From positions 1 through 34,818 of the forward strand of contig CAWJBB010000044.1 of NCBI GenBank assembly GCA_963840855.1: 34,818 nt of DNA, in the 5' to 3' direction. The first letter of the stretch is position 1, and each line of letters begins with the position of its first letter. A program made the translations under genes and the position numbers. Below the pieces are notes generated by a model, which did no database searches, was not told the DNA's origin, and worked only from the letters and a program-made list of their open reading frames with translations. Shown here piece by piece: positions 17,947 through 26,906 of the stretch. Source of the DNA: an uncultured delta proteobacterium (lineage in GTDB: Bacteria; Desulfobacterota; Binatia; UBA9968).

Positions 17947-18366
17947 TCAGCGTATCTCTTTCCACACCTTGGCCAGGCTTTCGCCGTAGACGCTTAGATC
18001 CCACTCGCAAAAATAACCGAAGGGCGTGATCCAAACTTTATAGCCGGTTTCGCGCAGCCGTTCGGCCAAGTTGGTTATAGATGCTTCGGCATAGGCCGGC
18101 GGTGCGGTCTCGCCACCCAGATGAGCAAATGAGTGCAACACGATATTATTTAGTTCTCTCTTGTTGGCGAGCCACTTGAGATGCTTGAGCGTCTGGCGCT
18201 GTACCGAGGTTTTTCTGTCCTCCTCGGCGTCGCGCGCTTCGGCGTGGATGAACACGACCAGGGTTGCTTCCACTGTCTGATCCACGTCCTGGGCCGGCAC
18301 TTCCGGCAAGGTCTTAGAGTGGGTCTTCCAGCGAAAACGCTTGGCTTGGAAGCAGAGCAGTTTCAT
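17947..18366 (-). CDS. Stand-alone archaeal-type threonyl-tRNA synthetase editing domain (DTD-like fold)
   Basis: LVVFIHAE, SFAHLG, TPFGYF..L..YGESLAKVWKEI resemble the archaeal ThrRS N-terminal domain (FAHL, PFGYYK, GHPLAE); 139 aa. Confidence 0.8.
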   Translation of the reverse strand: MKLLCFQAKRFRWKTHSKTLPEVPAQDVDQTVEATLVVFIHAEARDAEEDRKTSVQRQTLKHLKWLANKRELNNIVLHSFAHLGGETAPPAYAEASITNLAERLRETGYKVWITPFGYFCEWDLSVYGESLAKVWKEIR

Positions 18367-18376
18367 TGCCGGCGCA

Positions 18377-18943
18377 TCAATAGTAATCGAGAAAATTCTT
18401 GAGCAGTTTCTTGCCTTCTTCGCTGAGAATCGACTCGGGGTGAAACTGCACGCCTTCGATGGCGAGGCTCTTGTGACGCACCCCCATGACGACGCGATCT
18501 CCTGTTTGCGCGCTGATCCTCAGTTCGGCGGGAAGGGTTGCCGGATCGATGACCAGCGAATGATAGCGCATGGCGGCAAAGGGATTCTTGAGCGAGCGAA
18601 AAATGGTTTGCCCGTCATGCGATACGTTGGAAAGTTTTCCATGCATGATTGACGGCGCGGACGCGATGGCGGCGCCGAAGGCTGCGCCGATGCATTGGTG
18701 GCCGAGGCAAACTCCCAGGATCGGCGTTTGTCCGGCGAAGCGGCGGATGAGATCGCATGAGATGCCGGCCTCTTTGGGGGTGCACGGGCCGGGTGAGATG
18801 ACGATCTTTTCGGGATTCAAATCGCTGACTTCGTCGAGGGTGATCTTGTCGTTGCGAAAGACCGATACCTCCGCACCCAATTCGCCGAGGTAGTGGTAGA
18901 GGTTGTAAGTGAAGGAGTCGTAGTTGTCGATCAGCAGGATCAT
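18377..18943 (-). CDS. trpG: Anthranilate synthase component II (glutamine amidotransferase)
   Basis: [27 protein letters not shown]; ATGA overlap with trpE. Confidence 0.93.
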   Translation of the reverse strand: MILLIDNYDSFTYNLYHYLGELGAEVSVFRNDKITLDEVSDLNPEKIVISPGPCTPKEAGISCDLIRRFAGQTPILGVCLGHQCIGAAFGAAIASAPSIMHGKLSNVSHDGQTIFRSLKNPFAAMRYHSLVIDPATLPAELRISAQTGDRVVMGVRHKSLAIEGVQFHPESILSEEGKKLLKNFLDYY

Positions 18944-20427
18944 CGCTTCCTCCACTCTTCGGCGAGTTCGACGGCTTTAAGCATAGCGCGGGCTTTATTC
19001 AGCGTCTCTTGGTACTCCGCCTCGGGATTGGAATCGGCAACGATGCCGGCGCCGGCGTTGATATAGACCTTTTTGCCTTTCATGACGATGGTGCGGATGA
19101 CGATGCAGGTGTCCAGATTGCCGTTGTAGCCGAAGTAGCCGATGGCGCCGGCGTACAGGCTCCGTTTTTCCGGCTCCAGCTCGCTGATGATCTGCATGGC
19201 GCGTATCTTCGGTGCGCCGCAGACGGTGCCGGCGGGAAAAGCGGAAACGAACAGATCGAAGGCGGACTTGCCCGGCGCCAGCTTGCCGCGCACGTTGGAA
19301 ACGATGTGAATGACATGGGAGTAGCGTTCGATGGCCATGAGCTCGTTGACCTCCACGCTGCCCACCTCGGCGACCCGGCCGACGTCATTGCGACCCAGGT
19401 CCACCAGCATGATGTGTTCGGCGCGCTCTTTGGGATCGGCGAGGAGATCCGCTTCGAGTTCTTTTTCCTCCTCCGGGGTGGCGCCGCGACGCCGGGTGCC
19501 CGCGATGGGGCGTAGCTCGATGGTGCGGCCGGTCAGGCGCACCATGGTTTCCGGCGACGAACCGATGACCCGGAGGTCTTCCAGCTCTAGATAAAACATA
19601 TAGGGCGATGGATTGATAAAGCGCAGCGCCCGGTAAATTTCGAACGGGTCGGTGCTCGATTCGGTTTCTAATCTTTGGCACAGCACCGCCTGAATGATAT
19701 CGCCGGCGCGGATATACTCCTTAGCCCTATTCACCGCTGCATGGAATTCCCGGCGGCTGAGATTCGATTTAAATTTGCGCCCACCGGTAGTCTGGCTCAA
19801 GTCCCGCGGCTCGATACCGCGAGGCTTTTTTTTGAGCGAGGCGATGACCTTGCGAATTCTTGCCGCTGCCCGGTCATAGGCTTGGCGCGGGCTTGTCTTG
19901 CCGTCGAGGCGGGCATTGTCGATGACTTTGATCGTATGTCTCAAATTGTCAAAGGCGACCAATGTCTGCACGAAGATGAAAAAAATCTCGGGCATGCCCA
20001 GGGGTTCACTTTTGCTGTTCGCGATATCGTGCAACTGCGCCACCGCGTCGTAGCCGACGTAACCCAAGGCACCGCCGAAAAAGGGTGGCACGCCGGGAAC
20101 GGGCACCGGCTGGCAGCCGGCCAAAAGTTCTTCCAGAGACTTCAACGGCGCATCGCTGTGCCAGCTTCGCTCCTCGCCGTTCTCAACCACTTCGACTTGG
20201 TTGCCCCGCGCTTTAAAAATACGGTACGGACGAGTGCCCAAGAATGAATAGCGCGCCCAGCGTTCGCTGCCTTCGACGCTTTCGAGCAGAAAGGCATAGC
20301 GGTCGCGCTCGATGCGTTTGAAAAACGATAGCGGGGTTTCCAAGTCCATGAGCAATTCTTGATACACCGGAATCAGATTGCCCTGTTTGGCGAGCTGGCG
20401 AAATTCTTTAAACGATGGTTGAATCAT
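18940..20427 (-). CDS. trpE: Anthranilate synthase component I
   Basis: LLES and NPSPYMF Trp-feedback motifs, [34 protein letters not shown]; Trp leader upstream. Confidence 0.95.
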   Translation of the reverse strand: MIQPSFKEFRQLAKQGNLIPVYQELLMDLETPLSFFKRIERDRYAFLLESVEGSERWARYSFLGTRPYRIFKARGNQVEVVENGEERSWHSDAPLKSLEELLAGCQPVPVPGVPPFFGGALGYVGYDAVAQLHDIANSKSEPLGMPEIFFIFVQTLVAFDNLRHTIKVIDNARLDGKTSPRQAYDRAAARIRKVIASLKKKPRGIEPRDLSQTTGGRKFKSNLSRREFHAAVNRAKEYIRAGDIIQAVLCQRLETESSTDPFEIYRALRFINPSPYMFYLELEDLRVIGSSPETMVRLTGRTIELRPIAGTRRRGATPEEEKELEADLLADPKERAEHIMLVDLGRNDVGRVAEVGSVEVNELMAIERYSHVIHIVSNVRGKLAPGKSAFDLFVSAFPAGTVCGAPKIRAMQIISELEPEKRSLYAGAIGYFGYNGNLDTCIVIRTIVMKGKKVYINAGAGIVADSNPEAEYQETLNKARAMLKAVELAEEWRKR

Positions 20428-20433
20428 GAATGC

Positions 20434-20475
20434 AAAAAACCAAAAGGGCCACAAGTTTCTCACCTATGGCCCTTT
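20434..20475 (-). terminator. Attenuator (intrinsic terminator) upstream of trpE
   Basis: Minus strand AAAGGGCCAUAGG-UGAGAAA-CUUGUGGCCCUUU (13 bp including G-U pairs) followed by UGGUUUUUU. Confidence 0.85.
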
Positions 20476-20503
20476 GTATCAGCACAGTCTCGGACGGCTG
20501 GAC

Positions 20504-20584
20504 TTAGCCAAGGTGGCGAGGCCGGGCATGACGCCCGCGCCACCACAGCCATTCTAACACCGCAACTTCCAGCCGTTTTTTCAT
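20504..20584 (-). CDS. trpL: Trp operon leader peptide MKKRLEVAVLEWLWWRGRHARPRHLG
   Basis: 26 codons with TGG CTG TGG TGG. The Trp codons overlap the hairpin GGTGGCG..CGCCACC; a terminator and trpE follow. Confidence 0.82.
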   Translation of the reverse strand: MKKRLEVAVLEWLWWRGRHARPRHLG

Positions 20585-20591
20585 GGGAGGC

Positions 20592-20620
20592 ATTTTGCCG
20601 GATTCGACCTTGACGGTCAA
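20592..20620 (-). promoter_or_regulatory. Sigma70-like promoter for trpL-trpEG
   Basis: TTGACC (20620-20615), 17 bp, CAAAAT (20597-20592). The predicted start site falls at or next to the leader ATG (20584). The -35 sits in the palindrome CTTGAC-G-GTCAAG. Confidence 0.55.
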
Positions 20621-20647
20621 GCAGCAGCGCCCTATCACCAACGCCGA

Positions 20648-20676
20648 TTGACAAGCCGGACCTCGTGGGGTAAGCC
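20648..20676 (+). promoter_or_regulatory. Possible sigma70 promoter for the IclR gene
   Basis: TTGACA (20648-20653), 17 bp, TAAGCC; the -10 is weak. Confidence 0.3.
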
Positions 20677-20752
20677 TAAAACGCCTTTTTGAATGGCAAG
20701 TTTTTCTGGCGTAAATTACCCGGGACTCGTGCGCGATTTCGGGGAGGGGATT

Positions 20753-21532
20753 ATGGTCCGGCGTGAAAAATCCAACTATGTAATCCAATCCGTTTCCCAT
20801 GCTTTGGATGTATTGGAGCAATTTAACGGCAATGTCGAAGAGATCGGCGTCACCGAGCTCAGTAAGCGACTAAAGCTGCATAAGAATAATGTGTTTCGTT
20901 TGCTCGCGACGCTCGAGGCGCGCGGCTACATCCAGCAGAATAAATTGACCGAGAACTATCGCCTCGGTCTCAGGTGCTTGCAGTTGGGCCAGACTTTTAT
21001 TCAACAGATGGGCCTGCTGCTCCAGTCGCGGGCGGTTCTCGAAGACCTGGCAAAGACAACGAAAGAAAGCGCCTTCGTGGCCGTGCGCAAGGGCGCCGGC
21101 ATCGTGCCGCTGGATTTCGTCGAACCGCTACGCGCGGTGCGAGTGGTATCATTTTTGGGCACCGCGCTGCCGGCCCATTGCACGGCGGCGGGGAAGATCT
21201 ATCTGGTGTTCGAGTCGGAAGGCGACCTCGGCCAGAATCTGGGGAGTGGTCTCAGACGCTATACGGGCAAGACCATCTGCGATAGCGACGCGCTTGCGGC
21301 GCAAACCAAAGAAATTGGGGCGGCGGGATACGCGGTGGAGCTGGAGGAGTTCACCGAGGAGGTCAGTTCGGTGGCGGTGCCGATTCGGGACTATACCCGG
21401 ATGTTGGTCGGTGCGATGGCGGTGGTGGGACCCAGTCAACGGTTAACCTCCGATGTGATCAAGCACGATGTCGCGCCGAAAATTGTGAAGGCGGGCGACG
21501 AACTTTCCAAGCGCCTGGGGTATCCGGGTTAA
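20753..21532 (+). CDS. IclR-family transcriptional regulator
   Basis: IQSVSHALDVL, HTH (GVTELS..LHKNNVFRLLATL), PAHCTAAGK, SVAVPIRD; SD GGAGGGG. Confidence 0.93.
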   Translation: MVRREKSNYVIQSVSHALDVLEQFNGNVEEIGVTELSKRLKLHKNNVFRLLATLEARGYIQQNKLTENYRLGLRCLQLGQTFIQQMGLLLQSRAVLEDLAKTTKESAFVAVRKGAGIVPLDFVEPLRAVRVVSFLGTALPAHCTAAGKIYLVFESEGDLGQNLGSGLRRYTGKTICDSDALAAQTKEIGAAGYAVELEEFTEEVSSVAVPIRDYTRMLVGAMAVVGPSQRLTSDVIKHDVAPKIVKAGDELSKRLGYPG

Positions 21533-21667
21533 CCGGCGACGCTCCGTTGACACCGACCACGGCAGCGCGGCTTTCTCGCGGTTTGGGATATTCTCTCCGT
21601 TCATTTTAGCTTTGACGAAATGCGCTGGTAAAAGGCCAAATAGGCGAAAGTACGCTAAGGAAGTAGC

Positions 21668-23665
21668 ATGCTAACAATCGTCGAGAAGATCGTCTTCATT
21701 GTGCTTGCCGGAGCGTCGTTGTATTTCGGCGGCAAGGGATTTTTTGACGTTTACAAGGTCATCTCGCGGGGCAAAGCAGAGCAGCGCTTCAATGATCTCA
21801 GCGGGAGAATTCGGCGCGCGCTGAGCACCGTCTTAACTCAGCGGTCGGTTTTCAAAGCACGCCCGGTGGTTTCCCTGCTTCACGCGTTGGTCTTTTACGG
21901 TTTTGTTTTTTACTTCCTGGTCAATCTCGTCGATCTGCTGGAAGGTTTTTTTTCGTTGCGTTCTCGGGGCGGAGCCTGGAATGCATTCAATCTCACGGCC
22001 GATTTGCTCACTACCGGAATTTTAGCCGGTGTCATCGGTTTGATCATCCGGCGCCGCGCCGTCCGGCCGGGGGATTTTGCCTTTCCGTCCAAGGTGCCGC
22101 TGCATGCCGAAGCCAGAGCGGTAATTTTGCGCGACTCGACCATCGTATCCGGCTTTATCTTGTTCCACGTCGGCAGCCGGCTGATGCTCAGGGCGGCGCA
22201 ATTGGCGCGGGAAGGCGCCGATGCGTTCCAACCGGTCGCTTCCCTGTTCGCCGGCATCTATGGCGGCATGAATCCCGGGCTCATGGAAGCGGCCGTTCAT
22301 GTTTTTTGGTGGGGCGCTCTGGGCTCGATCCTGGTCTTCATTCCTTACTTTCCGCGTTCCAAGCACATTCATCTCTTCATGGCGCCGGTGAACATTGCGC
22401 TCAAGAAAGACAAACCCGGCGTGTTAGCACCGATGGATTTCGAAAACGAGGAAGTGTTCGGCGCAGCCAAGTTGGAAGAGCTGCCCTGGCCGCGGCTTAT
22501 GGACGCCTACAGCTGCATCATGTGCAACCGCTGCCAGGATGTTTGCCCGGCGACCAACACCGGTAAGGCGCTCAGCCCGGCGGCGATTCTGATCAATGAA
22601 CGTATTGAGTTGAACAAGATTTTCTCCGATTTCGCCGCGGGGAAGGAGAGCCCGCGGCCGCTCCTCGATTTCGCGCTGAGCGAAGAGGCCGCCTGGGCGT
22701 GCACGACCTGCAACGCTTGCGTGGAAATCTGTCCGGTGGGCAATGAACAGATGCTCCATATTATTGATGTCCGGCGCGAGCGCGTGCTCTCGGCGGCGGA
22801 GTTCCCCAATGGGCTGAAGAACGCGTTTAACCATATGGAGCGCGCCGGCAACCCCTGGGGCATGGCGGCGGAGGAGCGGATGGTATGGGCGAAGGACTTG
22901 CCTTTTGCCGTGCCAACCTTGGAACAGAAGAGCGACCCGGAGGTGCTATACTGGGTGGGCTGCGCCGCGGCCTTCGATCCCCGGGCGCAAAAAATAGCCC
23001 GCAGCATGGCCGAGCTACTCCATGCCGCGGGTCTTGATTGGGCGGTGATCGGCAAAAGCGAAACGTGCACCGGGGATGCCGCGCGGCGCACCGGCAATGA
23101 ATATCTCTTCGTACAGATGGCCGAACAGAACATCGCGGTATTGAACGAAGTGAAGCCGAGAACCATCGTCACCCATTGTCCGCATTGCTTTCACACGATA
23201 TCGAATGAGTATCCCCAGTTTGGCGGCAATTTTACCGTCAAACATCACACGCAATTTATCGAGGAGCTGATCCGCGACGGTAAGATTAAAGTGGATGCCA
23301 ATGGCGCCCGCGCGGCGACCTATCACGATCCCTGCTATTTGGGACGGCACAACGGTGTCTTCGATTCACCGCGGGCGCTGATCCAATCCACGGGCACCAG
23401 GATCGCGGAACCGGATCGCAACCGTAGCAACAGCTTCTGCTGCGGCGCCGGCGGCGGGCAATTTTGGAAAGATGAAGAAAGAGGCAACGAACGGGTCAGC
23501 ACCAACCGCTACCGCGAACTCAAACAAACCGGCGCTAAAACGATTGCCACCGGTTGCCCGTTCTGCATGCGCATGATCACCGAAGAGACCGCTAAGGAAG
23601 AAGAAGGCGCCGCTCCCGAGGTTTTAGACGTCGCCGAGATCGTAGCGCGGAGTCTGCGCCGATGA
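21668..23665 (+). CDS. Membrane-bound Fe-S oxidoreductase (HdrD/FadF-like; TM + 2x[4Fe-4S] + two CCG domains)
   Basis: TM N-terminus with SKHIH; CIMCNRCQDVCP and CTTCNACVEICP; GC..CTG..CPHC and HDPC..CCG..CPFC. Confidence 0.92.
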   Translation: MLTIVEKIVFIVLAGASLYFGGKGFFDVYKVISRGKAEQRFNDLSGRIRRALSTVLTQRSVFKARPVVSLLHALVFYGFVFYFLVNLVDLLEGFFSLRSRGGAWNAFNLTADLLTTGILAGVIGLIIRRRAVRPGDFAFPSKVPLHAEARAVILRDSTIVSGFILFHVGSRLMLRAAQLAREGADAFQPVASLFAGIYGGMNPGLMEAAVHVFWWGALGSILVFIPYFPRSKHIHLFMAPVNIALKKDKPGVLAPMDFENEEVFGAAKLEELPWPRLMDAYSCIMCNRCQDVCPATNTGKALSPAAILINERIELNKIFSDFAAGKESPRPLLDFALSEEAAWACTTCNACVEICPVGNEQMLHIIDVRRERVLSAAEFPNGLKNAFNHMERAGNPWGMAAEERMVWAKDLPFAVPTLEQKSDPEVLYWVGCAAAFDPRAQKIARSMAELLHAAGLDWAVIGKSETCTGDAARRTGNEYLFVQMAEQNIAVLNEVKPRTIVTHCPHCFHTISNEYPQFGGNFTVKHHTQFIEELIRDGKIKVDANGARAATYHDPCYLGRHNGVFDSPRALIQSTGTRIAEPDRNRSNSFCCGAGGGQFWKDEERGNERVSTNRYRELKQTGAKTIATGCPFCMRMITEETAKEEEGAAPEVLDVAEIVARSLRR

Positions 23666-23666
23666 T

Positions 23667-24125
23667 ATGCGCCTGATTTTCGCGCTATTCATTTCCTTTG
23701 TGGTTTTTACCGGGGTGACTGCCTGTCAAGCACAGCCACGAGTCAGCATCATTGCCGAAGAAGGGCGTGAAATCGTGTTTCAGGTGGAGATCGCGGACAC
23801 GCCGACCGAGCGCGAGATGGGACTGCAATATCGCCGCGAGCTGGCTCCCGACCAGGGCATGATTTTTCTGTTCCCCGCGGAAGAACAACAGTCATTTTGG
23901 ATGAAGAACACGCCGATTCCTTTAGACATGATTTTTATCAGCGCCGAGCGAAAAATCGTCGGCATCGTCGAGAACACTGTGCCGTTCTCGCTGGATGCTC
24001 GTTCCGTACGCGGCAGAAGCCAATTTGTGCTGGAGATCAACGGCGGTCTATCGCGCCGATATGGCTTCAAACCCGGGGACAGCGTGCGCTTCCAAGGGTT
24101 CTCTCCTGAAAGCGCGCCACGGTAA
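23667..24125 (+). CDS. DUF192-family lipoprotein
   Basis: VEIADT..GL..GMIFLF..FWMKNTPIPLDMIF..VLEINGG; lipobox VTAC. Confidence 0.92.
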   Translation: MRLIFALFISFVVFTGVTACQAQPRVSIIAEEGREIVFQVEIADTPTEREMGLQYRRELAPDQGMIFLFPAEEQQSFWMKNTPIPLDMIFISAERKIVGIVENTVPFSLDARSVRGRSQFVLEINGGLSRRYGFKPGDSVRFQGFSPESAPR

Positions 24126-24127
24126 AA

Positions 24128-24156
24128 ATAAAGGGCGAGTGACCTTCGCCCTTTAT
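24128..24156. terminator. Intrinsic terminator hairpin between convergent genes
   Basis: ATAAAGGGCGA-gtgacct-TCGCCCTTTAT perfect 11-bp stem; T-run on the minus strand. Confidence 0.75.
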
Positions 24157-24177
24157 CCCGCCAAGCGGAGCAAGCGG

Positions 24178-25254
24178 CTAAATTTCGTCGAAGAAATAGG
24201 GCCGCACCGGGGCAAGCTTCTCTTCGTACGAGTCGGGATATAAAAACCACAGCGTAGCGGCCAGGCTGCTTAGTAAAGAGTTGCCGTCCTGCGGCGTGAA
24301 ACAGGTGCCGATAATTTCCTTGTCGCCGTGTATCGCCAGGCTCTGCGACACGATCACCGTCTGATTCAATATCCGGCCAAATAGACCATGATCCCGGCCG
24401 AAGGAAAACACCGAGGCCGATGACTTCTTGTTGGTTAAGGCGACTCTGCGGGTCGACTTGAAGCGGCGCATTAACTCGTCCTTGTCGATCTTGCGGCGCA
24501 GTCTGAGATTGAAGTGAATGGTGTGCATGTACTGAGTGTTGAGCTTCAAAGCGGACGAGAAAATGTTCAGGTCCAGCCCAACAGTCTGAAATAATTCGTG
24601 GGCATCCCGTCCTTGATGCGTGCCGAACTTAGAGTCGTCATGCTTGCCGACTTCCGGAGCCGGGATGAAATCGCCTTCTTGGCTCAAATCATTGGCGCGG
24701 CGCATGCAGACGAAGCGGCTTTCGGCGAGATTGTCTTCCTTTTCCGGCCCCAAGGCGATGGTATCGATCAGCACGGCCAAGTTGTGGGTATTGCAACTGA
24801 CAACCTGGATGAATTGATCCTGACCTCTGACCAGCGCTTTGTCATTGATACCGCGGGCGTACTTTTTACCGAAGCCGTCTTCGCTGCCCTGGGCGATAAA
24901 GCCGCGCCCATTGTTGGCGTACTTGTTGTAAACTTTTTCCTTGTTCTGGTTGCCCACCGGCGTGCAATCGATCACCACGTTGGCCCGCTCGATCGCTTCT
25001 TCGGCCTCGTAGCTGGGTGTCATGCCCATCTCGACGAATTTTTGCCAGCGTTCCTTATCGACGGCGAGCTTCGCCCCGTTCTGGCAGGAGACGGTGACTT
25101 TGGAGCGGTCCGTCAGAAGCGGTGTGCGCTTGTGAAAGGTAACTTCATCGATGCCGAACTGCTCCTGGAACGTCGAGAGAATCCCGACAAGCGGTTCCCC
25201 GATGGTGCCGGTGCCGACGATATGAACGATTTTCTTGGCTGCCATAGATTCCAC
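24178..25254 (-). CDS. Archaeal-type (class II) glyceraldehyde-3-phosphate dehydrogenase-like protein
   Basis: GTGTIG, VIDCTP, FIAQG, catalytic VVSCNT, RRAND, GTHQG.D, YMH match the archaeal GAPDH motif order rather than bacterial ASCTTNC. Confidence 0.8.
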   Translation of the reverse strand: MESMAAKKIVHIVGTGTIGEPLVGILSTFQEQFGIDEVTFHKRTPLLTDRSKVTVSCQNGAKLAVDKERWQKFVEMGMTPSYEAEEAIERANVVIDCTPVGNQNKEKVYNKYANNGRGFIAQGSEDGFGKKYARGINDKALVRGQDQFIQVVSCNTHNLAVLIDTIALGPEKEDNLAESRFVCMRRANDLSQEGDFIPAPEVGKHDDSKFGTHQGRDAHELFQTVGLDLNIFSSALKLNTQYMHTIHFNLRLRRKIDKDELMRRFKSTRRVALTNKKSSASVFSFGRDHGLFGRILNQTVIVSQSLAIHGDKEIIGTCFTPQDGNSLLSSLAATLWFLYPDSYEEKLAPVRPYFFDEI

Positions 25255-25376
25255 CCGTCCCTCTCTTTGATTTAAGCGAGTCTAGCTTAAGCCTCTGACA
25301 CGATCAACCTCTTTTCTCAGGATGTCCCTTAAAGCCGGGGCGTGAATATGGTAAAAAGTTCCTTAGGGAGAAAGTC

Positions 25377-26825
25377 ATGAAAAACGAAGTCATCCCCGCG
25401 AATTTATTTTTCGACCGTAACTTCGGTATCGGCGCGGCGGCCTTGGACAAAGTGCTGGCGACCGCCATGGGTAAGAAGGCGGACTACGCCGACCTGTATT
25501 TTGAATACCGAAAGAATGAAGGGGTTAGCCTGGAAGAAGGGCTGGTGAAAAATTGTTCGCAGTCGACGGGCAATGGGGTTGGCGTGCGGGTGCTGGCCGA
25601 AACCAAGACCGGTTACGCGTATACCGACGATATTACCATTGAAAATCTGGAAATCGCGGCGCGCACGGCGCAATACATCGCGCAAAACCGTCAATCCCAT
25701 TTACCGGTTGCCGTCGGGCAAACGGAAGCAAAAGCTCACGACCTGTATCCGGTCAAAGTTTCGGCAACGGATGTTGCGCTGGACAAAAAGGTCGCGCTGC
25801 TTTATGAGATCGACAAATACGCCCGTGGCCTGGATCCGCGGGTGAAAAATGTCTTTGTGTCCCTCGGTAGCGAGTACAAAGTCATGCTTGTTGCAACGTC
25901 GGAGGGGCGGGTTGTCGGGGATATTCAACCCCTGACCCGTCTTAACGTCACCTGCATCGTCGAGGAAGATGGCAATCGTCAAGTGGGTAGTTTTGGCGGC
26001 GGCGGACGCGTCGAGTTCGGCTTTTTTGTCGATGCCAAAGACTACGAGAGATACGCCCGGGAGGCAGTGCGGCAGGCGGTGTTAAATTTAGGCGCCCAGG
26101 ACGCCCCGGCTGGGACGATGGATGTTGTTCTGGGCGCGGGATGGCCAGGCATATTGTTGCATGAGGCCATCGGCCATGGACTCGAAGGCGACTTCAACCG
26201 CAAAAAAACCTCTGCGTTTTCCGGCCGCATCGGCCAACGGGTGGCTTCGGAGTTATGCACCGTGGTGGACGATGGAACGATCCCGGCGCGTCGCGGCTCG
26301 ATCAATGTCGACGATGAAGGCACGCCGACGCAGCGCAACATTCTGATCGAAAACGGCATTCTCCGCGGCTATCTCCAGGATAGGCTCAACGCGGGACTCA
26401 TGAAGATGCCGCTCACGGGCAATGGGCGGCGCGAGAGCTACGGGCATATTCCGATGCCGCGCATGACCAATACGTTCATGCTCGCCGGCGAGAGCGCGCC
26501 GGACGATATTCTTCGCTCGGTGAAAAAAGGGCTCTACGCGGTTTCCTTCGGCGGCGGCCAGGTCGATATCACCAGCGGCAAATTCGTCTTCTCGGCCAGC
26601 GAGGCCTATCTCATCGAGGACGGTAAAGTCACCGCGCCTGTCAAAGGTGCCACCTTGATCGGCAACGGCCCCGACGTGCTTACCCGGGTGTCGATGGTCG
26701 GCGCGGATCTCAAGTTGGATGAGGGCATCGGCACCTGTGGTAAAGATGGCCAGTCGGTGCCGGTCGGTGTCGGGCTGCCGACGATTCGCATCGACGGGCT
26801 CACGGTCGGAGGGACGGCGGCGTAA
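25377..26825 (+). CDS. tldD: Metalloprotease TldD
   Basis: GILLHEAIGHGLEGDF, PMPRMTNT, GTCGKDGQ. Confidence 0.96.
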   Translation: MKNEVIPANLFFDRNFGIGAAALDKVLATAMGKKADYADLYFEYRKNEGVSLEEGLVKNCSQSTGNGVGVRVLAETKTGYAYTDDITIENLEIAARTAQYIAQNRQSHLPVAVGQTEAKAHDLYPVKVSATDVALDKKVALLYEIDKYARGLDPRVKNVFVSLGSEYKVMLVATSEGRVVGDIQPLTRLNVTCIVEEDGNRQVGSFGGGGRVEFGFFVDAKDYERYAREAVRQAVLNLGAQDAPAGTMDVVLGAGWPGILLHEAIGHGLEGDFNRKKTSAFSGRIGQRVASELCTVVDDGTIPARRGSINVDDEGTPTQRNILIENGILRGYLQDRLNAGLMKMPLTGNGRRESYGHIPMPRMTNTFMLAGESAPDDILRSVKKGLYAVSFGGGQVDITSGKFVFSASEAYLIEDGKVTAPVKGATLIGNGPDVLTRVSMVGADLKLDEGIGTCGKDGQSVPVGVGLPTIRIDGLTVGGTAA

Positions 26826-26843
26826 CAGTAAAGCGTACAGGAG

Positions 26844-26900
26844 GACGGACGTCAGAGATCAGAGCTCGGAGTAGTCTGACATCTGACTTCTGATTATCTG
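26844..26900. repeat. Small palindromic heptamer array (TCAGAG.. / TCTGAC..)
   Basis: gacggac gtcagag atcagag ctcggag tag tctgaca tctgact tctgatt, between tldD and pmbA. Confidence 0.65.
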
Positions 26901-26906
26901 CTGACC

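Noticed and set aside
18377-20427. pabA/pabB instead of trpG/trpE
   Set aside because: Trp-rich leader and attenuator, full TrpE length and LLES/NPSPYM motifs favour anthranilate synthase.
20504-20821. 105-aa ORF as a real gene
   Set aside because: It overlaps the divergent IclR start and the promoters; only its last 26 codons (trpL) are supported.
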